A stretch of 24,862 nt of DNA from Candidatus Thorarchaeota archaeon (lineage in GTDB: Archaea > Asgardarchaeota > Thorarchaeia > Thorarchaeales > Thorarchaeaceae): positions 5,779-30,640 of the forward strand of contig JBHLQM010000041.1 in the NCBI GenBank assembly GCA_048884785.1, in the 5' to 3' direction. The first letter of the stretch is position 1, and each line of letters opens with the position of its first letter. A program made the position numbers and the translations under genes. Below are positions 1 through 8,438 of the stretch, in pieces. Under the pieces are notes generated by a model that searched no databases, had not been told where the DNA came from, and saw nothing but the letters and a program-made list of their open reading frames with translations.

Positions 1-2
1 GT

Positions 3-149
3 GCTGACACAACCACTCCGACAGACACAACCACTTCGACAGACACAACAACACCAGGCATCCCGGGAATTATGACGCTTCTAGTTACTGTGGGTGTAAT
101 CGTGGTGATTGTGGTATTAGTGGCCGTTTTGATAATCAAGCGCAGATAG
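3..149 (+). CDS. 3' end of a surface/membrane-anchored protein (partial): Thr-rich linker, TM helix, basic tail
   Basis: The frame from nt 3 reads ADTTTPTDTTTSTDTTTPGIPGIMTLLVTVGVIVVIVVLVAVLIIKRR, with stop TAG at 147-149. It runs off the left edge of the window. Confidence 0.85.
   Translation, partial: ADTTTPTDTTTSTDTTTPGIPGIMTLLVTVGVIVVIVVLVAVLIIKRR
6..56 (+). repeat. 18-bp coding tandem repeat (DTTT[P/S]T x ~2.8)
   Basis: gacacaaccactccgaca / gacacaaccacttcgaca / gacacaacaacacca. Confidence 0.75.
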
Positions 150-155
150 AAGATT

Positions 156-187
156 TGGGGCGTAAATCGCCCCAGCTTTCTTTCTTA
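156..187 (+). terminator. Hairpin plus T-rich tract after the membrane-protein gene
   Basis: TGGGGCG-taaat-CGCCCCA (156-174), followed by gctttctttctt, starting 6 nt after the stop. Confidence 0.65.
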
Positions 188-284
188 GTATGAAACTCTT
201 TGACGAAATATCTCAATAATTCACTATTTTTCGTTTTTATTCCGTTCTGTCAATGTTCATATAGAGATTATGCCAATAATATCT

Positions 285-298
285 GACGTTATAACGTC
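285..298. promoter_or_regulatory. Perfect 14-bp palindrome, candidate operator
   Basis: GACGTTATAACGTC lies between a TATA-like TTCATATA (256-263) and the GTG start at 310. Confidence 0.45.
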
Positions 299-309
299 GG
301 GGTGCAGAC

Positions 310-936
310 GTGTCCAGGGTGAATTTGCCTGAAGATAGTGAGAGGACTATAGAAATAGATATCATTCGATCATTTGGTTCTGCCATAATTGAGTTTGAGG
401 CAGTTCTTCTTCAAAAATTCATGATGCTTTCAATAGCTCATTCGCTCATTACTGAGAAGATGTTTCGAAAATATCTCAACCAGTTGCATTCCAAGGGCTA
501 TGTGACCCCACTTGAGTTCCAAGGAAAACGATGCTGGAAACGCCTAGTTGTTGAGGAAGATCTGGAGATAGTCGCTGAACTTCCTCCAGATGAGGTAAGA
601 CGACTCCTGCAGAAAAGTCATGAAGCAATTGTTTCGCGTGCCGCCAGACCAATACCTAAAGATGGTCTGGTAAGTGACTCAAATATTGTCGCGACCAGGA
701 TTAGGCAAACAATGCTGGAAAAGCTCTATGCAGGAAAAACCTCAGACCCAGAAACTGCAGCTGACATACAAAGGCATGCAAGATTTATGAGACGAGCACT
801 CTCTGAATCAAAGATTGACTTCCTCAACTATGTCAGGCGTAATATTCCAAGTATTCTGGAACCAATGGAGCAGATGCTTAATACAAAAGGCGAAGACATT
901 CTACTCTTGAGCCTACGTATTGTTGGTGCAAGCTGA
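310..936 (+). CDS. Hypothetical protein; N-terminal region resembles a winged helix-turn-helix
   Basis: 208-aa ORF with SD-like GGGGTG before the GTG. ITEKMFRKYLNQLHSKGYVTPLEFQGKRCWKR looks like a recognition helix plus wing (judged by pattern only). Confidence 0.7.
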   Translation: MSRVNLPEDSERTIEIDIIRSFGSAIIEFEAVLLQKFMMLSIAHSLITEKMFRKYLNQLHSKGYVTPLEFQGKRCWKRLVVEEDLEIVAELPPDEVRRLLQKSHEAIVSRAARPIPKDGLVSDSNIVATRIRQTMLEKLYAGKTSDPETAADIQRHARFMRRALSESKIDFLNYVRRNIPSILEPMEQMLNTKGEDILLLSLRIVGAS

Positions 937-949
937 GAGATTCAGGATA

Positions 950-2029
950 TCAAAAATCTCTCTTAGTTAAGAATTCTGAGAGCTCTAGTAGAAATTCCTT
1001 GTATTTGGAGTTCAGAGCGGGTTTTGCCCGTTCCAAAGCAGTTTGACCTTCTTCCAAAAGCTGATTCATCAAATTCCTAGTGCTATCAAGTGCACCACTT
1101 TCTACGAATATGCTTCTGACTTTTTCCACCTCTTCATTTGACATGTGTGTTTTCCCGAGCAGTGTGTCAAGGGCCGCCTTTTGCTCCTTGTTCGCAGTCC
1201 GGTATGCATTAATCACTAGCATGGTCTTCTTTCCTTCTCGTATATCGCCATCAGTCGGTTTCCCAGTTTTTGACTCATCTCCGAATGAACCCAATATATC
1301 ATCTTGAATTTGAAAAGCCTGCCCTACTTTAACTCCGAATTCACTGAGTGCGGATATTTGAGACTCATTTGCGCCGGCCATTGTGGCACCAATAAGAAGT
1401 GATTTGTCAAATAGTACTGCGGTCTTCAACGCCACCATTTCTAAGTACACTTCAGGAGTAATATCAGGTTGGTTGACCATAGTCATCTCCAGCATGACTC
1501 CGTCAGCAAGATTCTGGAATGAGGTCTGGTAGTATTCAAGACATTTTACAGCGACCTCAGGGTCTAAATGAGAGTCGCTTATTATTTTGGCACCCATGTT
1601 GAGTAGTGAATCGCCACCCAGTATAGCCATTGTCATCCCGAAATCCTTGGCCTTTTCATTATCCTGCGATTTCTGCTTGTACATGTCTCGATATGTGGCA
1701 TGGAATGTCTTCCCACCTCTCCTTGTTTCATCATGATCAATCAAGTCATCATGAAGAAGTGACCCATTGTGAAGAATCTCAACTGAACAAGCTGCTCGAT
1801 ACAGGTGGTCAATTTCAATCTGGTCCCTTATTGCCTTGTAGCCAATTGCAACCAATACAGGACGAAGCCTTTTTCCCCCTCGCATGAGATACTCCTTGAT
1901 ATTTTCATAGAATTGAACATGCCATGGACCCAATCTACCGATTGTCTTAATCTTCATGTCAAAATAGCTTTCAAGAGCTTCATTGACTCGAATTAATTCT
2001 TCATTCCAGATCTTGTCAAATTGAGACAT
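950..2029 (-). CDS. trans-Polyprenyl diphosphate synthase (IdsA/GGPPS family)
   Basis: GGKRLRP, FARM LHDDLID..RRG, KT motif, SARM FQIQDDILG, GKPTDGDIREGKKT. Confidence 0.95.
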   Translation of the reverse strand: MSQFDKIWNEELIRVNEALESYFDMKIKTIGRLGPWHVQFYENIKEYLMRGGKRLRPVLVAIGYKAIRDQIEIDHLYRAACSVEILHNGSLLHDDLIDHDETRRGGKTFHATYRDMYKQKSQDNEKAKDFGMTMAILGGDSLLNMGAKIISDSHLDPEVAVKCLEYYQTSFQNLADGVMLEMTMVNQPDITPEVYLEMVALKTAVLFDKSLLIGATMAGANESQISALSEFGVKVGQAFQIQDDILGSFGDESKTGKPTDGDIREGKKTMLVINAYRTANKEQKAALDTLLGKTHMSNEEVEKVRSIFVESGALDSTRNLMNQLLEEGQTALERAKPALNSKYKEFLLELSEFLTKRDF

Positions 2030-2113
2030 GCTTCTCCACTCCTGTTTGGAACGATTGAAATCTCCTATTTAGGGTTTCTAAATCTGTCGACAATGGGATA
2101 ATGGATTGACGAA

Positions 2114-3025
2114 TTAAATGTAGATACGACCTTTAATCACGGATACTGCAGTGCCGCTGACTTTAACCTGACGAATCTCACCCTGGATTTTATGCACTTC
2201 AACAATGACCTTGCCAGGCCTTCCCATGAAATGTCCCTGTTCAATAACAATGCTAGAAACCGGGTTTACCGATGAGAACATCCCATGATGAACCATGTAG
2301 GAACCCAACCCTCCGGCTGCAGAACCAGTAACCGGATCTTCTTCTACTCCTATTGCAGGGGCGAAATGTCTTGCATGGGCGTCAGAGGTTACCTCATGAG
2401 CCTCGCGAGTGAAAACCTCAATTCCAAGATAATCGGCCTTTAGGGACAACTCATGAAGCTTGTTCCAGTTTGGTTTCACTCTATTTAGGGCATCAAGACT
2501 GATGACAGGGACCATAAGGTTCGGTATACCGGTGCTAACAGTCTGAATCGGATATAACGACATAATGTCGACAAGGTTAAGGCCAAGTGCCTCAGCGTAC
2601 TCTTTTGAGTCATATGTAGACAAGAATTGAGGGCGCTCATGGGTTATTTGGTATTCATGGATGCCAGTTGTGTCGTTTTTCACAACTTCAACCTGTAGTA
2701 TACCAGTACGGATTTCCAGAGTGAACATTGTGACATCATGCATGATTTCGGCCAGACCTTCCTCTACAAGAGCATGAAAGGCAGCAATGGTTGCATGACC
2801 CGAGAAATCTATCTCGCCTTTTGGAGTCATATAACGGAATTTGTAGTCGGCCTTATTGCTGCTTGATACAAAGACTGATTCACGAACACTCAGCTCTCTG
2901 GCGATTTTCTTAATCTGCTCTTCATTGAGATTGCCGGTTCCAAGAACAACTCCAGCTGGATTTCCGCCATATGGTACTTCAGTGAATGCATCAACATGTA
3001 TAAATTTCAGCTCTTGTGTTCGCAT
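2114..3025 (-). CDS. PhzF-family isomerase/epimerase
   Basis: VDAFT..GGNPAGVV, EIDFSGHAT, EDPVTGSAAG, EQGHFMGRPG. Confidence 0.93.
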   Translation of the reverse strand: MRTQELKFIHVDAFTEVPYGGNPAGVVLGTGNLNEEQIKKIARELSVRESVFVSSSNKADYKFRYMTPKGEIDFSGHATIAAFHALVEEGLAEIMHDVTMFTLEIRTGILQVEVVKNDTTGIHEYQITHERPQFLSTYDSKEYAEALGLNLVDIMSLYPIQTVSTGIPNLMVPVISLDALNRVKPNWNKLHELSLKADYLGIEVFTREAHEVTSDAHARHFAPAIGVEEDPVTGSAAGGLGSYMVHHGMFSSVNPVSSIVIEQGHFMGRPGKVIVEVHKIQGEIRQVKVSGTAVSVIKGRIYI

Positions 3026-3103
3026 AATTCTGCACCATTCGGTTGTGCATTGAACCCCACGGCTAATTAATCATTGTCTAAGAGCTATAATATCAAAGAC
3101 ACA

Positions 3104-4474
3104 CTATTGACCAACTACCTCCACACCCTGAAATCCCATGGTTGGCATAAACCGAGATCCGTGTACTTCGGGGTCAGACGCGATGAAGACTTCTTCCTTT
3201 AGCGAGTCATAAAGATTGCCAACTAGGAGTGCATACTTGATTTGACCTTTCAGTTCTCCGTTCTTTATTAGTCTTGCATTTCTGATTTCATTTGAAAATG
3301 CGCCCGAAAGGGAATCAACAATAGGATACGCAAAGTGTTCAATATATACGCCCTTGGAAATTTCTGCTATGATTTCCTCAACGGATTTTGACCCTGCTGG
3401 GACTTCAAGAGTAGAATTCCTGCATGACACCATTCCTGTGAATGATCCATGAACATCTCTTACACCTCTACGAAAACCATTGCCTGTTGATTTCAGATTC
3501 ACCTGAGCAGCATTATAACTGTCGAAGAGATATGACTTCAAGACTCCATTCTCCAGCACCTTTGTCTTGGATGTTGGCACACCTTCATCATCCACAAGCG
3601 CACTCATCAATCCCAGCTTTGATTTTCCATTATCGGTTACTGATAGGCTCTCATGCACAACATTTGCCCCTACCTTGTCGGTCCATGGACTTGAGCGATT
3701 GTTAATGTTCTCTGCAGAAGCAGCATCGCCAACTACATCTCCAACCAAAGCACTCGCTTCACTTGATGCAATAACAGCGACTGCATCCTTCATCCCCGAT
3801 TTCAGCGGCTTTGCCGCTATCACATCTAGTGCTTGCTGTCGAAGTTTCTCACCCTTTGCCGCGAAATCAATGTCGCTCAGTCTGCGCGACCAAACTCTCT
3901 GTACTCCTTCTCCTACCTGACTTCCATCATCAGCTTTTGCAGTGAAATAGCCAAATACAGCCGTAGATTTGGAGCCTGCATCAATTCCAAGATTGTTGGC
4001 AACTCGAAATTCAATGGAACTCGCTCTTAGAACGCCATTTGGCACTGTGACTATCTCTGCATTCGCGTTTTGGACTAGCTCCATACATTTGTCAGATAGG
4101 ATGGCACCATCGGCATTTGCGGTATCTTTGTCGAAGAACCTGCTTGCATTGCCAGATGCCTTCTTTGGAGTTGGCAATGAAACGAATTTAGAATCTTCAT
4201 TACTGATTGTTGCCACCGACATCGCACGTCTGACAATATCAAGAGGTTTCTCAGACAAAAGAGTTGAGCTTGTGAATCCAATCTTCTTGCCTAGAATGAA
4301 TTTTAGACCTACACCAAACTCGACTTTCGAGTCACTTATCTTGGGAATATTGTCATCAATGTAGATACTCGATGTTTCGGCTTTGGCCGCAAATACTTCA
4401 ACCTGAGATGCTCCATGCGCTTCAGACTGATTTACCAAAAGGTGGGTGATATCATAAAGATTCACATTACCCAC
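3104..4474 (-). CDS. pmbA: PmbA/TldE-family protein (non-catalytic partner of TldD)
   Basis: DDEGVP..LENGVLKSYLFD..STGNG; lacks HExxxH; overlaps the tldD stop by 8 nt. Confidence 0.9.
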   Translation of the reverse strand: MGNVNLYDITHLLVNQSEAHGASQVEVFAAKAETSSIYIDDNIPKISDSKVEFGVGLKFILGKKIGFTSSTLLSEKPLDIVRRAMSVATISNEDSKFVSLPTPKKASGNASRFFDKDTANADGAILSDKCMELVQNANAEIVTVPNGVLRASSIEFRVANNLGIDAGSKSTAVFGYFTAKADDGSQVGEGVQRVWSRRLSDIDFAAKGEKLRQQALDVIAAKPLKSGMKDAVAVIASSEASALVGDVVGDAASAENINNRSSPWTDKVGANVVHESLSVTDNGKSKLGLMSALVDDEGVPTSKTKVLENGVLKSYLFDSYNAAQVNLKSTGNGFRRGVRDVHGSFTGMVSCRNSTLEVPAGSKSVEEIIAEISKGVYIEHFAYPIVDSLSGAFSNEIRNARLIKNGELKGQIKYALLVGNLYDSLKEEVFIASDPEVHGSRFMPTMGFQGVEVVGQ

Positions 4475-5855
4475 CCCCTACAACAAGCTGCATTCTCATG
4501 TGAGGCCCTCCTGATGTTATCGGGATGTAGTCTTCTTCGCCCTTCCCACATGTTCCGCCTGAAAAATCAAGCTTGTCACCAACTGCATCAACCGTCTTGA
4601 GAATGTCCAAGACTCTGCCAGTTATAGAAAGGCTCCTCACCAGTTGTGATAGTTCACCATTCTTGATTATATAGCCTTTCAAGCTAGTACATTGAACCCC
4701 GCCACCAACAACATCTTCCATGCCTGAGTGAGTCTTTAAAATATAGATGCCATCCCTTGTGTCCTCTATGATTTCTTCGTTTCTCCAATCGCCGGTGTCG
4801 AAGAAAGTATTTGTCATTCGAGCGAATATGCGCCTGTTGTAGTCCTGAGATCTTCCATTTCCAGTTGGTTTTACACCCATAATAGCTGCAGTTTCTAGAG
4901 TCTGCATGTAGCCGCTGAATACACCCCTATCGATAATGGTCGTCCGGGAGGAGGGAGTTCCCTCAGAATCAAAAGGCATACTTCCTCTAAGGCCTGGAAT
5001 GGTTCCATCATCTATCATACTAACGCTCTCGGTTCCAACCTTCACACCAACCATATTTGACAAGAATGAACGGTTTTTGACAACCTCATCAGCCTCGCTG
5101 GCGTGACCACACACCTCATGAGCTATTGTACCTGCGATATTACCATCTACAACTGCTGTTATTTCTCCTGACGGTGGCTTTGCAGCCTTAAGCAAATCAA
5201 GAGCATTCTGCGCACATTCTGAAGCATATTCGTTGGGATTCATTCCTCTAACAAACTCGTATCCAGCAAGAGCATCCTTAACACTGTAGTCATATTGAAT
5301 CTTGAATTCATCTTTGGCAACAGGATTAACAAAAGTGCGTATCCGAATTTCATCCCATTCCAACCTTGTGCCTTCCGAGTTGGCAAGGCGATAGATATCT
5401 TTTCTATCACCATACATTGAATTCCGATTGACAATCTTCTCATCAATAGACTGGGCCTTGTCAAGCTCCAACACAAATTCAAGCTTCTCCTCTTCGGTGA
5501 CTTGCATTGGATCTTCCTTTGTCTTCTGCCATTTGCTTTCTTTGTGAATGGGAAGATCAGAGAGGCTGATTCTTTTTCTGGAATGCTTGGCATTGTACTT
5601 GGCCATCCTTGTTGCTTTTAAAAGAAGATTCTCAAGCGCTCCAAGAGACATAGGCTCGGTAGTCGAGCTTTGTCCCCAGCATTCTCCAACGAGAACACGC
5701 GCCACGGTTCCAGCTTTTGTGGAACGGCTCAATTGTCGAAGGCCGCCATTGACTACAACAATTGATGTTGTTGCTGAGCCTTGATGCCGAATATCCGCGA
5801 ACGATACATCGGGATCACCGATGTTTTCAACCGCCTTACCTATTGTGTCAAGCAT
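4467..5855 (-). CDS. tldD: TldD-family metalloprotease
   Basis: HEVCGHASEAD (HExxxH), FDSEG, TGNGR, RMTNT, C-terminal CGK..GGPH. Confidence 0.93.
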   Translation of the reverse strand: MLDTIGKAVENIGDPDVSFADIRHQGSATTSIVVVNGGLRQLSRSTKAGTVARVLVGECWGQSSTTEPMSLGALENLLLKATRMAKYNAKHSRKRISLSDLPIHKESKWQKTKEDPMQVTEEEKLEFVLELDKAQSIDEKIVNRNSMYGDRKDIYRLANSEGTRLEWDEIRIRTFVNPVAKDEFKIQYDYSVKDALAGYEFVRGMNPNEYASECAQNALDLLKAAKPPSGEITAVVDGNIAGTIAHEVCGHASEADEVVKNRSFLSNMVGVKVGTESVSMIDDGTIPGLRGSMPFDSEGTPSSRTTIIDRGVFSGYMQTLETAAIMGVKPTGNGRSQDYNRRIFARMTNTFFDTGDWRNEEIIEDTRDGIYILKTHSGMEDVVGGGVQCTSLKGYIIKNGELSQLVRSLSITGRVLDILKTVDAVGDKLDFSGGTCGKGEEDYIPITSGGPHMRMQLVVGGG

Positions 5856-5949
5856 ATGTTGTCCCTCTGCTGGGACATGAAACTATACATAAGGGTTTGC
5901 AGCGTCGCAATATGGAAAAGATGAATTGAATACTCTATTTCTCCCTCAA

Positions 5950-6096
5950 AGAGGTGGCGGGTTCGTGGGAAATCGTGGTAGGAGGGGGGAGTTTCGTAAT
6001 TGAGGGCATGTAACGAAAAACTAGCCCACGTACCCGCCTTGAATTATTCCCATGCATCAAGGTAAGTATGTTCCCACACACCTACCTGTTCCTATC
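5950..6096 (-). ncRNA. Candidate structured RNA, element A (unknown family; apparent homolog of 17529-17628)
   Basis: A 12-bp stem with GGGA (GNRA) tetraloop at 6060-6087 pairs fully only on the minus strand (two G-U pairs). A 13/14-bp stem, 5956-5969 with 6025-6038, encloses an inner hairpin and UCCCCCCUCC. TATA-like TTAATAA at 6118-6124. No credible ORF. Confidence 0.6.
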
Positions 6097-6352
6097 ATAG
6101 GTGAAACATTTCCTCTCTTATTAACCTTTACTTTATGGACTGAAGGCAAGATTTAGTTTAATCAAACTTTAATGAAACTTACAATATGTAAAATGTATTC
6201 AATTTGGAATGTTCGAAATGGAATGATATAGTTTTGTGATTATCGAATGTGACGTTTTTTCCTAAATTCTATTAAACTGCTATCATTGCATGTTTTAGAG
6301 AAAATGAAGGATGCAGATGGCCCATTTCTGGACCACCTCATCCGATAGTTCT

Positions 6353-7999
6353 TTACTCACCAACAAATGGCTTAGAGAGACTATCCTCTTCAACCTGATT
6401 TGGCTTGTGCTTACCTCGCCATTGATCAATAGGGACAGCAAACTTGTCTTCCATTCGGGATCGATGAATCGTGTTCATTGTGCAGAATGGAATGATTCGA
6501 CCATCTGGAACAGAGTAATTCACATCGCAATGCTGAATTCTCTCAAGGTCGAAGTTATAGGGATCTTGAAAGTGCATCATCCCGAGCATGATGATTCGTC
6601 GCATGAACTTAGCGAGTGAATCGTAGTCACCTCGGTCAAGGAATGCGCTTAGCAGGTCCTTTAGGATACCTTTCTTCTTGATATGTCGTGCGCCTGCAGC
6701 AAGCTTTGCCTTTGCGCGGGTGCTTGCGGCACGAGCCTCATCTGCATAGAGATTTGCAATTTCCTCTAGAAGTTCCAGAAATGCATCAACATTCAGAATC
6801 TCAGTTATTGGCTTGTAAGAACCATCCTCCTCAATATACAGGAACGTAGACATTCCGCAGGCGAAGTGTGAGCTGAGCTCTAGCTGTGGTCCACCTTTAA
6901 TAAGACCTAATGCACGACCAACAGGCATCATTGAGGGGACAGGATACCAAGCATCAGCAGGGATTATTCCACCAGTCTGTTCCTCAATCATTTTGATTGC
7001 ATCAGGAATTGTGATTCTCATCTGATGCCGGGATTCATGATCAATACGTCCTGTGATGCTAACTGGCTGGAAATTCACACATCGAACAACGTCATGATTC
7101 TTGACGGCAAACTCTACAATCTTGCCAAGCTGGTCACTATTGACCCCTCGAACAACGGTTGGAACTAGAACGATTGATTCCATACCAACCTCTCGAGCGT
7201 TCTGAAGAGCCTGGAGCTTGATTGGCAGAAGATTGGAACCACGGGCTGCGATATATGGCTCTGGAGTCACACCATCAAATTGCATATAGATGGTAGAGAG
7301 ACCTGCATCACGCAGTTCCTGGAGGTACTCTTTGCTCTTGCCAACTCTGATTGCATTGCTCGCTATCTGTACATGTCGGAAACCGAGTTGTTTCGCCCAT
7401 TTTATGTATTGAGGTAAATGCTTACTAACGGTGGGTTCTCCTCCAGCGAATTGGAGTGCCGGAGCCGGAACAGGTCTATTGCTCCTGAGATTCCTCATCA
7501 TCTCAAGTACTTCCTCAGGGGTGGGTTCGTACACTGAACCGCCCTCAGCTGCGACAGCAAAGCAGATTGGACATCGCAGATTGCATCGGTTGGTTACATC
7601 AAGGAGAGCAAGTGCAGTGTGTGACTTGTGTTCAGTGCATGGACCGCAGTCCTCAGGACAGCCCTTCACTCTCTCAGTGCGGGGATTATCGAGTCCAACA
7701 GACTTGTACCACCAAGTCTGGGCTTTCTTGAACATCTCTGCGTCGCCCCAGTAAACATCAACAAATTCACCATGCTTATCGCATGATTTTCTGTACATTA
7801 TCTTCCCGTTGTCTTCATAGACTTCCGCATCAATAACTACAACCTTATCATCTGTCAATAAACATTCAGGGCATATAGATTGGGTTGTATAAGGAAGTGC
7901 CTTTACGGGATACTTTTCAACATGGTACCTTGATAATGGGCCACTGTCTTCGTGAGTTAGTGGAACCTCTGGCACCGGCTTAACTTCATCAGCTGTCAT
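6353..7999 (-). CDS. tes: Tetraether lipid synthase Tes / GDGT-MAS (MJ0619-family radical SAM)
   Basis: N-terminal CPEC..CDKH; CPEDCGPCTEH; radical SAM motif DVTNRCNLRCPICFA; QFAGGEPT; NFQPVS; SHFACG; MHFQDPYNFD..HCDVNY; IIPFCTMN. Collinear with MJ0619 as I recall its sequence. Confidence 0.9.
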   Translation of the reverse strand: MTADEVKPVPEVPLTHEDSGPLSRYHVEKYPVKALPYTTQSICPECLLTDDKVVVIDAEVYEDNGKIMYRKSCDKHGEFVDVYWGDAEMFKKAQTWWYKSVGLDNPRTERVKGCPEDCGPCTEHKSHTALALLDVTNRCNLRCPICFAVAAEGGSVYEPTPEEVLEMMRNLRSNRPVPAPALQFAGGEPTVSKHLPQYIKWAKQLGFRHVQIASNAIRVGKSKEYLQELRDAGLSTIYMQFDGVTPEPYIAARGSNLLPIKLQALQNAREVGMESIVLVPTVVRGVNSDQLGKIVEFAVKNHDVVRCVNFQPVSITGRIDHESRHQMRITIPDAIKMIEEQTGGIIPADAWYPVPSMMPVGRALGLIKGGPQLELSSHFACGMSTFLYIEEDGSYKPITEILNVDAFLELLEEIANLYADEARAASTRAKAKLAAGARHIKKKGILKDLLSAFLDRGDYDSLAKFMRRIIMLGMMHFQDPYNFDLERIQHCDVNYSVPDGRIIPFCTMNTIHRSRMEDKFAVPIDQWRGKHKPNQVEEDSLSKPFVGE

Positions 8000-8008
8000 T
8001 ATCGTTCA

Positions 8009-8046
8009 CTCCATGACCACATGGAACCACCACTGAACAGGGTGGT
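8009..8046 (-). promoter_or_regulatory. tes 5' leader with two hairpins, the second covering the SD
   Basis: ACCACC/GGUGGU (8026-8046) and UUCCAUG-uggu-CAUGGAG (8009-8026). TATA-like TTATATT at ~8074-8080 with an A-rich BRE. Confidence 0.45.
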
Positions 8047-8123
8047 ATATCAGACGTTTGGGAGTTTTCTTTGAATATAACTTTTGTCCGATGTTTCAGA
8101 GTATGAAAAGGGTGTCAAATTGC

Positions 8124-8438
8124 TCATTCACTAGATTGCAGGATATAGCCCTTATCAAAACCCCCACGCGCAAGTTTCTTTGCGTGCCTCTGCATCTCAA
8201 CTAAGCCGTCATCCGCTTTTCGAAATTTCATAAACGCTTCTAGCGTTTCAATGAGGTCTACTACTTCATCCATACTGCCTGTTTCAAGGAGCTCATTTGC
8301 TTCTTCAACAATCTTCGCTCTGAAGAATCTATCAAGTTCCTCCCCTTTTGCAATTCTAACATTTGGTTCCTCACCAGAGGAACGAATAAGGTCTGGAATA
8401 CCATCCCGAACTAGTTTTTCTCGAACCAATGGTATCAC
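8124..8438 (-). CDS. MazG-like / PRA-PH-like nucleoside triphosphate pyrophosphohydrolase
   Basis: KLVRDGIP, KIVEEANE..DEVVDLIE (ExxE..ExxD), KKLARGGFDKG. Confidence 0.85.
   Translation of the reverse strand: MIPLVREKLVRDGIPDLIRSSGEEPNVRIAKGEELDRFFRAKIVEEANELLETGSMDEVVDLIETLEAFMKFRKADDGLVEMQRHAKKLARGGFDKGYILQSSE

Noticed and set aside
6-56. CRISPR-like repeat
   Set aside because: These are in-frame 18-bp coding repeats without spacers.
6030-6070. TPP riboswitch resemblance (ACCUUGAU..AUAAU..GCG) in element A; ACCCGUAG..UGAU in element B
   Set aside because: The invariant CUGAGA segment and the terminal AGGGA pairing are missing, and the downstream genes are unrelated to thiamine.
5950-6096. 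SECIS element in the tes 3' region
   Set aside because: tes has no in-frame UGA, and I see no AUGA/GA quartet with an apical AA loop.
2114-7999. RiPP cluster (radical SAM + TldD/PmbA + PhzF + small precursor)
   Set aside because: The radical SAM protein is Tes-like with no SPASM/RRE features. The spacer holds only very short ORFs without precursor character, and TldD/PmbA pairs are common archaeal housekeeping genes.
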